Source: Candidatus Xenobia bacterium (GTDB taxonomy: Bacteria; Vulcanimicrobiota; Xenobia; Xenobiales; QWHO01). Taken from it: a stretch of 41,716 bases of DNA. Position 1 is the stretch's first letter, and each line of letters opens with the position of its first letter. Below the pieces are notes generated by a model. That model was not told the DNA's origin. It searched no databases and worked only from the letters and a program-made list of their open reading frames with translations. The stretch covers positions 1-41,716 of the forward strand of contig BTUM01000070.1 of assembly GCA_045863235.1 (NCBI GenBank). The letters are read 5' to 3'. A program made the position numbers and the translations under genes. Shown here piece after piece: positions 7,552 to 16,699 of this stretch.

Positions 7552-8793
7552 GTGGAAGACCTGAACCTCTACGTTACCCTCGGGGGAACGCTCGCTGGCC
7601 TGCTGGTCGGCTGGTTCTTGAGCCGCATGGGAGGGCGTTCAGCCGACCCTGAAGCGCTCAAAGAGCAACTGTTCAAGGTTCGCAGCGAGCTCGAGGAGCA
7701 ATTGCGCCGCAGTGAAGGCCTGCCGGGGATGCTGGTGGCCCTTTCTGCCATTCAAGACGCCGATAAGCTCTATGACAACGTGACCAAGATGGCCCGCGAG
7801 TATCTCTCGGCTGACTACGCGGGCCTCTTGCTCAAGCGCGACAACGAGTATGTCATCGCCGGCGCGCACGGCCTGTCCGCGGAAAGCCGCGAGAACTTGC
7901 GCCTGCCCTCCAAGTCCGGGCTGGTCACGTATTTGCTGGAGACCGGGCGGCCCGTTCGTATCGGCAAGGGCGATCGCCAACTGGCCGTGTTTCGCAAGCA
8001 CGAGCCGATCAACGAAGTCATGGTGGCCCCCCTTCGCAACGCCTCGGATGTGTTCGGGGTGGTCTTCGTAGCCCGCCAGTCGGCGGGGCCCTTCTGGACC
8101 GGCTCGGACGTCAACCTGCTCGCCTTCATGGCCATCCCGTTCTCCCTGGCAGCCCACAGTGGAGGGGCCTTCGTGGAGTCCCAGCGCACCTCACTGGAGG
8201 CTCTCACCTTCATCGCCGCCCAGATCGAAGAGCGCGACCCCTACTTCCGCGGCAAGTCGTCGCGGGTCACCGAGCTGTGCCTGAAGGTGGGACAGGAGCT
8301 GCGCATGTCGGAGCGCGACCTGGAGTCCCTGCGGCTGGCCGCGTTGCTGCACGACATCGGCACTTTGTCGGTGCCGGCCGAGATCATCTACAAAGACGGC
8401 AAATTGACCGAGGAAGAGATGGCGCTGGTGCAGGAGCATCCGAAAAAGGCGCTGGACCTTTTGCAGCCTCTCGGGTTCCTCGAGCGCAGCCTGCCGATGA
8501 TCCTCTACCATCACGAGCGCTACGACGGCGCCGGCTATCCCTACGCCCTGAAGGGCTCCTCCATCCCGGTGGGGGCCCAGTTGATTGGCATGTGCGAGGT
8601 CTTCGACGCCCTGACTCGCCGTCGACCCCATCGCGAGGCCTTCTCGACCGAGAAAGCGGTCGAGGTGATGAACGAAATGAGCGGCAAGCACTTTGATCCC
8701 AAGCTGCTGCGGATGTTCCTCAACGTCATCGAGCGCCAGGGCAAGACTCCCCTCAAACTCCCCGCCCGCCAGGCCGATCCGACCCGCACTTGA
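7552..8793 (+). CDS. Membrane-anchored GAF + HD-GYP domain protein
   Basis: N-terminal TM helix, GAF-like segment (VMVAPLR..VFGVVFV), LLHDIG, HHERYDGAGYP, FDALT..RPHR, GKHFDP. Confidence 0.88.
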   Translation: MEDLNLYVTLGGTLAGLLVGWFLSRMGGRSADPEALKEQLFKVRSELEEQLRRSEGLPGMLVALSAIQDADKLYDNVTKMAREYLSADYAGLLLKRDNEYVIAGAHGLSAESRENLRLPSKSGLVTYLLETGRPVRIGKGDRQLAVFRKHEPINEVMVAPLRNASDVFGVVFVARQSAGPFWTGSDVNLLAFMAIPFSLAAHSGGAFVESQRTSLEALTFIAAQIEERDPYFRGKSSRVTELCLKVGQELRMSERDLESLRLAALLHDIGTLSVPAEIIYKDGKLTEEEMALVQEHPKKALDLLQPLGFLERSLPMILYHHERYDGAGYPYALKGSSIPVGAQLIGMCEVFDALTRRRPHREAFSTEKAVEVMNEMSGKHFDPKLLRMFLNVIERQGKTPLKLPARQADPTRT

Positions 8794-11018
8794 TGCGACT
8801 TCCCTCGTTCCTGACTTATGTTTCCTCGCTGGGTAAAGGTGGAATGGGCGAGGTCGTGCGGGCCGTGGACCAGCGCAGCGGCCAGGAGGTGGCCGTCAAG
8901 TTCCTGTTCGCGGGCTCGGATCAAGAGACAATCGAGCGCCAGCGCCAGGAAGCCCGAGCCCTGGCTGCCCTCTCGCACCCTAACGTGGTGAGCTTGATCG
9001 ACTCGCTCGACCACGAAGGCCAGCACGTTCTGGTGATGGAGCTGCTCGAAGGAGGCAATCTCTACGATCTGATGGCCCGCAATCCGGAGCTTCCCGAGAT
9101 CTTGCGCACCTTCGCTCAGATCTGCGACGGCCTGGAGTACATCCACGACCGGGGATTGGTGCACCGCGACCTCAAGCCGGGCAACATCCTCTTCCATAGC
9201 GACGGCAGGCCCAAGATCGCCGACCTGGGATTGGTGCGCCAGGTGGGCGCCCGCTCCGGTCTCACCCAGACGGGCGTGATGATGGGGACGGCCGCGTACG
9301 TCTCCCCCGAGCAGATCCTCAGCACTCGCGAAACCGGACCTCCCGGCGACCTCTATTCGCTGGGCGTGACCCTGTTCGAAGCCCTGACCGGGAAGTGGCC
9401 CTTCGTGCGGGATACCGACTTTGCGCTCTTGCAGGCCCACCTGCGTGATCCGGCTCCGTCGCTACGCGAGTTGCGCCCTGACCTGCCGCCCTCGCTGGAT
9501 GCGCTGATGCGCCGCCTGCTGGAGAAGGAGCCCGACCTGCGCCCCCGGTCGGCTGGCCAGGTGCGCCAGGCCCTGCTGGCGGCCCTGGGCAGCGAGTCGG
9601 GTCCGGAGCTGGTAGCCGAGCCCGAGTTCGAGCCGCGTCAGGCGCTGGCCGCGCGCGACCCGGGGGCGGTGTTGCTGGCCCTGAGCCACGACATCCGCGA
9701 CCCGATGAATGGGATTACCGGCAACGCTCGCCTGCTCAAGGACGCCAATCTGCGACCCTCCGAGCGGCAGTTTGTGGAGGCGCTGGAGGCCTCCACCCGC
9801 GAGGTACGCAGCCTGCTGCAGGGGCTGATCGACTACACTCGACTCGAATTCGGCCGCCTGCGCCTGGATCCCGTCCCCACCGACGTGCGCGGGCTGGTGC
9901 AGGGCGTGCTCAGCGAGTTGCAGCCGATGGCCCGCCAGCGAGGGCTGGAAATGACCGGGCAGGTGGACACGGCCGTGCCCGATACCCTCAGCTGCGACCC
10001 GCTCCGCCTGCGCCAGATTCTCTTCCAGACGCTGTCGCGCGCCCTGGAGTCGACCCGCCTGGGACAGGTCAAGCTGGAAGTCTTGAAAGACTCGGCCACG
10101 GCGCAGGCGGTTGGCCTTCGCGTGGTGGTAAGCGCTGCCCACCGCACCGAGACCACCAGTGGACGCGGGCTGCTCGAGCTGGCGCTGACCCAGGGGTTGA
10201 TCGAGAAGATGGGCGGCCAGTTCTGGGAGGACGAGTCCAGCATCACCTTCACGCTCACCCTGCCTGTGTCCGGCCCGGCCCCGGCGCCCGCCAAACCGCA
10301 GGTTCCGGCTCGTCCCATGCAGATTCTGCTGGTGGACGACAGCCTGATCAACCAGACCCTGGTCTCCGGTCTCTTGCAGCCCCATGGCCACGAAGTGACC
10401 GTGGCCGGAGATGGGCAGATAGCCGTGGACATGTGCGCTCTGCGCGACTTCGACGTCATCTTGATGGATCTCGAGATGCCCGTCATGAATGGCCTGGAAG
10501 CCACCCGGGTGCTGCGCTCACAGGGCAACACGACGCCGATCGTGGCCCTCACGGGGCACGAGCGCGAAGATTGGACCCGGCGTTGTCTGGAAGCCGGCAT
10601 GGACAAGTTTCTCTCCAAGCCCGTGGAGGAGGCCGAGCTCCTCTCCACCCTGGCGGCGACTCTGGCCGGTCCGAGCTCGTCGTGCATGGAGCCGCCGGTC
10701 AACCCGGAGCGCCGCGAGGACGCTCGCCAGGCCTTCGAGCAGAGCTGGGCCCACCGGCTGGCCCGGCTCGACCAGGCCTTCCGCGCTCGCGACGCCGAGG
10801 CCCTGGTCGAGGTGGCCTGGGAGATGGGTGCCTGGCTGACCGGGCTATCAGCCACTCCGGCAGCGCGGGCGGTGGCCCAGATCGTCATCCTGGCCGAGGA
10901 GGGCCGCCTGGATGCAGCCCTGCACGCGCGCGCCGGGCTGCTCGAGGAAGTGGGGCGGCTCAAGCGCAGCTGGGAGCAGACCAGCGCTGTCGTGGTGCCG
11001 GCCGAGCTTCGCTCCTGA
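8793..11018 (+). CDS. Hybrid Ser/Thr kinase + HisKA/degenerate HATPase + receiver + degenerate Hpt-like domain
   Basis: GKGGMGEV, VAVK, HRDLKPGN, DLG, SPEQ; SHDIRDPMNGI; LLVDD..MDLEMPVMNG..ALTG..KP. TGATG overlap with the upstream gene. Confidence 0.88.
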   Translation: MRLPSFLTYVSSLGKGGMGEVVRAVDQRSGQEVAVKFLFAGSDQETIERQRQEARALAALSHPNVVSLIDSLDHEGQHVLVMELLEGGNLYDLMARNPELPEILRTFAQICDGLEYIHDRGLVHRDLKPGNILFHSDGRPKIADLGLVRQVGARSGLTQTGVMMGTAAYVSPEQILSTRETGPPGDLYSLGVTLFEALTGKWPFVRDTDFALLQAHLRDPAPSLRELRPDLPPSLDALMRRLLEKEPDLRPRSAGQVRQALLAALGSESGPELVAEPEFEPRQALAARDPGAVLLALSHDIRDPMNGITGNARLLKDANLRPSERQFVEALEASTREVRSLLQGLIDYTRLEFGRLRLDPVPTDVRGLVQGVLSELQPMARQRGLEMTGQVDTAVPDTLSCDPLRLRQILFQTLSRALESTRLGQVKLEVLKDSATAQAVGLRVVVSAAHRTETTSGRGLLELALTQGLIEKMGGQFWEDESSITFTLTLPVSGPAPAPAKPQVPARPMQILLVDDSLINQTLVSGLLQPHGHEVTVAGDGQIAVDMCALRDFDVILMDLEMPVMNGLEATRVLRSQGNTTPIVALTGHEREDWTRRCLEAGMDKFLSKPVEEAELLSTLAATLAGPSSSCMEPPVNPERREDARQAFEQSWAHRLARLDQAFRARDAEALVEVAWEMGAWLTGLSATPAARAVAQIVILAEEGRLDAALHARAGLLEEVGRLKRSWEQTSAVVVPAELRS

Positions 11019-11034
11019 ACCTCCGTGGGGGATG

Positions 11035-11070
11035 AAAAGAGCCCGGAGAATGAAGCTCCGGGCTCTTGTT
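11035..11070. terminator. Probable bidirectional terminator between convergent genes
   Basis: AAGAGCCCGGAG-7 nt-CTCCGGGCTCTT (11037-11067) with A-rich left and T-rich right flanks. Confidence 0.8.
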
Positions 11071-11074
11071 CCGC

Positions 11075-12937
11075 CTACGGGTTGGGCGGGTTCTCGGGCG
11101 GGGGCTCAGGCGGCGGGGGCGGCGGAGGCGGCGGGGGGGCCGCCGGCACCTCGATGGCCACCGTGCGCAGCTCGGAGCGGTTGCCCACGTTGTCGATCAG
11201 CTTCAGTCCGGCGTAGATCGTGCGCGCTTCCTGGCTGGGCTCGAGCTTGATCGAGGTGGACTCGATGCTACCCGTGGCTTGCGGGGCATCGGTGGCCACC
11301 AGGATGGCGTCCTCGAAGCCCACCTGCTCGTCGCCCGGGTTGGCGTCGACGATCGGCTTGTCGGAGTAGCGCACCTCGTAGTTGGAAACCTGACCGCACC
11401 AGCCGTCGTCGCCCGTGGCCGTCCAGGTCAAGGTGACCTGGCCGGGGGTGGACTCGATGGGACGGAAGTCGTTGGGAGCGGCCGGCGCTGCGCTGTCGGT
11501 CTCGAGCGAGCGCTCGAGGTTGACGCGCCCGCGCGACACGCTCATGTTGTTCAGGTTGGAGACTCGGTCGGAGCTACCGATCAGGCGCTGCTTGACCTGG
11601 TCGTTGGTCAGATCAGGGTGCTCGGCGAAGATCAGGCCCGCCATGCCGGCCACGTGAGGGGTGGCCATGGAAGTGCCGCTCTTGTTGCCGTAGCCTCCAT
11701 TGGGAACGGTGGAGTAGATGCCTACCCCGGGAGCGGCCACGTCCACAGTCGTGCGGCCGTAGTTGGAGAAGCTGGCGATCTGGTCGTTCTTGTCGGTGGC
11801 CGCCACGGCCACGATGTTGGGGATGTCGTAGTTGGCCGGGTAGGTCGGACGCGAGTCGTTGTTCTTGCCGTCGTTGCCGGCCGCGAAGATGTGCAAGGCC
11901 GGGGAGGTGCGCAGGGCGTCTTTGATGGCGTCGTTGGCCGCTCCGCCGCCCCACGAGTTGGAGGTCACGCGGGCTCCCATCCGGGTGGCGTAGGTGATGC
12001 CGCGGATGATGGCGTCGGCGCTGGTGCGCCCGCCGTCGGAGAAGATCTTGACCGGCATCAGGGTGGCCTGCCAGTTCACGCCCACCACGCCCTGGCTGTT
12101 GTTGCCCTCGGCGGCGATGGTGCCGGCGCAGTGGGTGCCGTGGCTGTGGCCGTCCATGGGGTTGCCATTGTCGGCGTAGGCGTTGTAGCCGTGCACGTCG
12201 TCGATGACGCCGTTGCCGTCGTTGTCGATGCCGTCGCCGGGGATCTCGCCGGGGTTGGTCCAGATGTTGTTCTTGAGGTCAGGGTGGTTGTAGTCGATGC
12301 CCGTGTCGATCACGGCGATCAGCGGGCCACCCTCGCTCTGGCGCTTGCCGGTGGTGATGTTCCAGGCTTCCGGAGCGTTGATGTCGGCTCCGGCCTTGCC
12401 GCCGTTCTGGCCGGTGTTGTTCAGGCCCCACAGGGCCGGGTCCAGGTCGTTGGGAGTGTTCTGCTGCAGCCCGGCGCTCTGGGGAGCGGGCTCGTCCTGG
12501 CCGGGGTCGAGCGTATAGATGTTGTTGGGCACAGCGTAGGCGACGCGGGGATCCTTGCGCATCATGGCGATGGCTTCCTCGGTCTGCATGCCGGAGGGCA
12601 GCTTGAGGCGCATCATCTCGCCGTCGAAGTCCTTGAACATGGACTTGGGCAGGTCGTACTTGACCTCAACGCTGCAGCCATAGTCGCTGGCGAAGTCGTC
12701 CAGCCCCATTCCGGGTCGCACCTTGACGATCACCTCGCCCGGCTCGAACTCGCCGAGCGAGGGGCGCAGTGCCTCGGCCTCGGCCTTGACGGTCTCGAGC
12801 TTATTGCGGTGCCAGGTGCCCATGGTGGACAGATTGGCCGAATCCTGCGGCTCCGCAGCTTCCTGGGGCCTCTTTCCGCCCGAGCTCACCGGCGCGGTGT
12901 AGGTCTGGCTCAGGGTACGGACGTCACGGATCTGCAT
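11075..12937 (-). CDS. Subtilisin-family (S8) protease with propeptide, FN3-like domain and poly-Pro tail
   Basis: Triad IAVIDTG, HGTHCAG, GTSMATPH; AAGN oxyanion motif. ATG 12937 behind a GAGGAGG RBS. Confidence 0.93.
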   Translation of the reverse strand: MQIRDVRTLSQTYTAPVSSGGKRPQEAAEPQDSANLSTMGTWHRNKLETVKAEAEALRPSLGEFEPGEVIVKVRPGMGLDDFASDYGCSVEVKYDLPKSMFKDFDGEMMRLKLPSGMQTEEAIAMMRKDPRVAYAVPNNIYTLDPGQDEPAPQSAGLQQNTPNDLDPALWGLNNTGQNGGKAGADINAPEAWNITTGKRQSEGGPLIAVIDTGIDYNHPDLKNNIWTNPGEIPGDGIDNDGNGVIDDVHGYNAYADNGNPMDGHSHGTHCAGTIAAEGNNSQGVVGVNWQATLMPVKIFSDGGRTSADAIIRGITYATRMGARVTSNSWGGGAANDAIKDALRTSPALHIFAAGNDGKNNDSRPTYPANYDIPNIVAVAATDKNDQIASFSNYGRTTVDVAAPGVGIYSTVPNGGYGNKSGTSMATPHVAGMAGLIFAEHPDLTNDQVKQRLIGSSDRVSNLNNMSVSRGRVNLERSLETDSAAPAAPNDFRPIESTPGQVTLTWTATGDDGWCGQVSNYEVRYSDKPIVDANPGDEQVGFEDAILVATDAPQATGSIESTSIKLEPSQEARTIYAGLKLIDNVGNRSELRTVAIEVPAAPPPPPPPPPPEPPPENPPNP

Positions 12938-13047
12938 GAAGATTGGCCTCCTCGCGTTTGTTCCCCATTTCCCCGGACGGAGTATATGCTGAATCGAACA
13001 CCGAGAAGGTAACCAAATCTTGAACATCGTGCCCGTTCCGGTGGGCT

Positions 13048-14124
13048 TTAAAGCGATTCAACGACCTTGAGCATGGGCCCCAGCGTGGCCCAGATGATGA
13101 AGCCGACCAGGACGCCAACCACCAGCATGACGGCCGGCTGCAGGGCGGCGGTGGCCATCTCGATGGCCTGGTCCATCGACTCCTCGCACACCGCCGCGCA
13201 ACGATCGAGCAGGAAGGCGAGCTTGCCGGTGGTCTCGCCGGCAGAGAGCAGGTGGATCATCATCGGAGGAAAGAGGTCGGTTTCTTTGAGGGCATCGGCC
13301 ACCAGCACGCCTTCGGCCACGGCCGCGCGGGCTCTGGCCACCCTCTCTCGGACGAGCGGGTTGGCGGTGGCCGCGGCGGACAGCTCGAGGCCGCGCAAGA
13401 TGGGCACCCCGGCCGAGCTGGTGATGGAAAGGGCCCGGCAGAACTCGACCGCCACCGCGGTGCGCAGCATGGTGCCAAGTCCGGGCAACTCGAAAGCCAC
13501 CGCCCAGAGGCGCCTCTGCAGGTCCAGCCGGCTGGCCAGAAATCCCGTCACCCACACCACTGCGGCGGCCAGCAACACCACCAGCACCAGGGCCCAGGGG
13601 CTGGTCAGGATCTTGGAGCTGAAGCTGAGCAGCCGCGTGCTCCAGGGCAAATCGACCCCCAACGTGGTCAGGAAGCCGAGCAGATCTTTGAAGACGACGT
13701 TCTGGGCCCAGACGACCAGCACCAGGCTGAGCACGAGCACCAGCACGGGATAGGTCAGGGCGCTCCGGATCTTCATCCAGAGAGCGTTGGACTTCTCCGA
13801 CTCGCTGGCAAGCCGCTCCAGGACATCGTGTAGACCTCCCGTGCTCTCGCCCACCGAGACCAGCTGCAACTGCAGCGGCGTGAAGAGTCCGGTGGGCTGG
13901 CTCAGCACCCGAGAGAGTGCCTTGCCCTGCATCAGCTGGTTGACATAGACCGGCAGGGCCTTGCGCAGGGGTGGGTACTCCACCTGGTTGGCCAGCACGT
14001 CCAGCGAGCGCGAGAGGGGCACGCCGGCGTTGAGCAGGGTCGCCAGCGAGCGAAAGAACATCGCCTGGGCGGCGGCCCGGCGGCGGCCGCCGAACCACAG
14101 CTCCAGGCGGTCGGAGAAGGTCAC
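13048..14124 (-). CDS. Type II secretion F / type IV pilus platform protein (GspF/PilC family)
   Basis: FFRSLATLLNAGVPL, VGESTGGL, IRSALTYP, AGETTGKL; two T2SSF repeats and three TM segments. Confidence 0.92.
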   Translation of the reverse strand: MTFSDRLELWFGGRRRAAAQAMFFRSLATLLNAGVPLSRSLDVLANQVEYPPLRKALPVYVNQLMQGKALSRVLSQPTGLFTPLQLQLVSVGESTGGLHDVLERLASESEKSNALWMKIRSALTYPVLVLVLSLVLVVWAQNVVFKDLLGFLTTLGVDLPWSTRLLSFSSKILTSPWALVLVVLLAAAVVWVTGFLASRLDLQRRLWAVAFELPGLGTMLRTAVAVEFCRALSITSSAGVPILRGLELSAAATANPLVRERVARARAAVAEGVLVADALKETDLFPPMMIHLLSAGETTGKLAFLLDRCAAVCEESMDQAIEMATAALQPAVMLVVGVLVGFIIWATLGPMLKVVESL

Positions 14125-15419
14125 GGCAACTTCTCGGTGGCCCGCTCCAGCGCCACTCGCGCCTCAGCGGCCGTCTGGTACCGGTTGGCTGGATCGGGCT
14201 CGAGCATCTTCATGACCCAGTCGGTGACCTCCGAGGGCAGATCGAGCCGGTCCATGGGAGGCAGGGGCTCTCCGCTCAGCTTGTAGACCAGGATGGACTG
14301 CAGGTCGTCTTCCTTCCAGGGCAGCTTGCCCGTGAGGCTGTTGTAGACCAGCAGGCCCACGGCGTAGAGGTCGGTTGGAGGACCGATGGGTCCGGCCGTC
14401 AGCTGCTCGGGGGCCATGAAGGCGGGGGTGCCGACGGCCTCATCCGGCTTGGTCAGCATGGTGCGAGCCTGCAGGTCCTTGGCGATGCCAAAGTCCATCA
14501 GCTTGGCCATGCCCCCGGCAGCGATGACGATGTTGGCGGGCTTGATGTCGCGGTGAATGATCCCCTTGGAGTGCACCATCTCGAGGCCCTGCAGCACGCC
14601 GCGGGTCCACTTGAAGACGTTCTTGTCGTTCAGTTTGCCCATTTTGAGCAGCTCCTCCCAGCTGGTGCCGTTGACGTACTCCATCACGTAGTAAGGATAT
14701 TCGGCCGGCGAGGTGGGGAGATGCACGTCGAAGATGCGGGCCACGTTGGGATGGCTGACCGAGCTTCCCAGGCGCATCTCGCGCGAGAAGCGATCGCGGT
14801 ACTCGGGGTCGTTGCCGAACTGGGGCAGGGGTAGCTTGAGGGCGCAGCTGTGCCCATCGGGGGAGACCACCTGGTAGACCATGGCCATGCCCCCTGTGCC
14901 CAGGTGGGAGCGGACTTTGTAGGCGCCGATTCGATCGGGGTGGGTACCGTCGGTGCGAAAGAGGGTGGCCACGTTCTGCGCGTCCAGGGCCTGGATGTAG
15001 GTCTGGGTCACCTCTTGCAGGGCGACCTTCTGGCGTCGAGCGCGCAGCGCGAGCACTCCAGCGGCGATCGCGCCGATCACGGCTCCGATGCAAACCGAGG
15101 TTCGGGCAGGGGCCAGTTTGGGCTCGGTCTTGATGCTGATGCTCTGGGTGACCTGCGGAACCCGAGAATTCTCCCCGACCAGATCCTGGAAGAGATTCAA
15201 CTCACCCACACAGCGGACAGCCACATTGGCAGCCGAGGGGTCCCGCTGCAGCACGGCCCGATTGCCGCGTCCGAACTCTTTCCACTCACCTTTGGAATCG
15301 TCCCAGTACTTCCATTCAAAGACGACGTTGGCGTCGGCCTTGACCTCCAGCGGCTGGGCCCGAACCGGGCCGACCAGCAAGAACAAGAAGAACAGGCCCA
15401 CCACCCCGAGTTGTCGCAC
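14121..15419 (-). CDS. Membrane Ser/Thr protein kinase with exported N-terminal domain
   Basis: Signal peptide (..GPVRA-Q), TM helix, then GTGGMAMV, ALK, HRDIKPAN, DFG, GTPAFMAPEQ. Confidence 0.92.
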   Translation of the reverse strand: MRQLGVVGLFFLFLLVGPVRAQPLEVKADANVVFEWKYWDDSKGEWKEFGRGNRAVLQRDPSAANVAVRCVGELNLFQDLVGENSRVPQVTQSISIKTEPKLAPARTSVCIGAVIGAIAAGVLALRARRQKVALQEVTQTYIQALDAQNVATLFRTDGTHPDRIGAYKVRSHLGTGGMAMVYQVVSPDGHSCALKLPLPQFGNDPEYRDRFSREMRLGSSVSHPNVARIFDVHLPTSPAEYPYYVMEYVNGTSWEELLKMGKLNDKNVFKWTRGVLQGLEMVHSKGIIHRDIKPANIVIAAGGMAKLMDFGIAKDLQARTMLTKPDEAVGTPAFMAPEQLTAGPIGPPTDLYAVGLLVYNSLTGKLPWKEDDLQSILVYKLSGEPLPPMDRLDLPSEVTDWVMKMLEPDPANRYQTAAEARVALERATEKLP

Positions 15420-15429
15420 CGAGGGAAAT

Positions 15430-16692
15430 TCAATCCTTCCGGGCAGGGCTCCTTCGCACGCTCGGAGCCACGCTCTTGAGCCAGGACAGGGTTTCGCTCA
15501 CCAGCTCGCGGTCGGACGCCCTGGGAGAGAGGCGCAAGTAGCTCTCGAGATGCACGATGGCTTCGCTGTACTGGCGCCGGCGAATGGCCAGCACCCCCAG
15601 CTGCAGCGCCGCCGCCGGGCTGGCCGGGGCCAGCTCGTAAGCCTGGCGGGCCTCGCGCACGGCCTCCTCGAGCTGGTCGCTGGCCGCCAGGGCGAGCGAA
15701 AGGTTGTGATGGGCCACAGCCGAGTCGGGCCGGGCCAGCACCGCCTGGCGCAACTCGCTGACAGCCCGCCGGGTCTGGCTCTGGGCCAGCAGTGACAGGC
15801 CCCGGTAGAGGCTGGGCAGAAAGCCTTTCAGCTCGGCCAGCTCGCGCTCGGCTTCGGCCGGGCGCTGAGCGCGGTAGAGCAGGACGGCATAGAGAACCCG
15901 GGCCCGCTCCAGCTCGGGATGCAGATCCACCACCTGGCTGACGGCCAGCAGGGCTTCGTTCAGCTTACCCTGCTCGGCCAGCATGGTGACCAGGTTCAGC
16001 TCGGCTTCCGGCTCGCGAGCCGCGGCCTGAAAGGCGGAAAGCGCGGCAGGACGGTCCTGGTCGGCCAGCAGGACGCCCAGGTTGTTGTTGGCCAGCGGGT
16101 CCTGAGGCCTCGCCGAGAGCACTGCTCGCAGCTCCTCGGTGGCCTGCTCGCGCTGGCCCAGTACCAGCAGGGCCGCGGCCAGATTGACGCGGGCCTCGAC
16201 CATCTCAGGTTGGGCCTGCAGGGCGCTCTGGAACGCCTGAGAGGCATTCTGAGCCTGCCCCGAGCGCAGCAGGGCGACCCCGCGCAAGTTCTGTCGCAGG
16301 CCCTCCAGGCGGGGGTCCACGCGCAGCGATTCCAGCGCCTCCAGCGCCTCGCTCCAGCGGGCCAGGTGGACCAGGGCGGCGGCCCGGTTCAGGCCCACTG
16401 TCTGATCGTCGGGCTCTTGCTGCAGGTAGAGGTCGTACTGCTCCAGGGCCTCGGCCGGCCGATCGCTCTGGTCCAGTGCCAGGCCCAGGAAAGCCCGGGC
16501 CTCCAGGCGCGCAGGGTCGGTGGCCAGCGCGCTCTGGTACAGGTCGATGGCGCGTTCGAGCCGACCCTCGCGATGGGCGTTCACCCCCTGCTGGTAGAGC
16601 AGGCGGGCCTCCCGCTGGGCGCCCGGGTCGAGGTCGACCTGGGCCTGCACGGGCCCAAGCAACAGAGCCAGAACGAGCAGCAGGCGCCGCAC
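15430..16692 (-). CDS. Exported TPR-repeat protein
   Basis: Signal peptide MRRLLLVLALLLGPVQA and repeated TPR-like units (A...Y..AL...P, NNNLGVLL). Confidence 0.85.
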   Translation of the reverse strand: MRRLLLVLALLLGPVQAQVDLDPGAQREARLLYQQGVNAHREGRLERAIDLYQSALATDPARLEARAFLGLALDQSDRPAEALEQYDLYLQQEPDDQTVGLNRAAALVHLARWSEALEALESLRVDPRLEGLRQNLRGVALLRSGQAQNASQAFQSALQAQPEMVEARVNLAAALLVLGQREQATEELRAVLSARPQDPLANNNLGVLLADQDRPAALSAFQAAAREPEAELNLVTMLAEQGKLNEALLAVSQVVDLHPELERARVLYAVLLYRAQRPAEAERELAELKGFLPSLYRGLSLLAQSQTRRAVSELRQAVLARPDSAVAHHNLSLALAASDQLEEAVREARQAYELAPASPAAALQLGVLAIRRRQYSEAIVHLESYLRLSPRASDRELVSETLSWLKSVAPSVRRSPARKD

Positions 16693-16699
16693 GCCGGAC

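Noticed and set aside
11066..13012. 648-aa plus-strand ORF, and similar long ORFs at 17806-19827, 21269-23068, 30765-32771, 38826-40808 and 3907-5205
   Set aside because: Antisense shadows of well-supported genes, expected at high GC; no motifs. Only the last 100 codons of 30765-32771 were kept.
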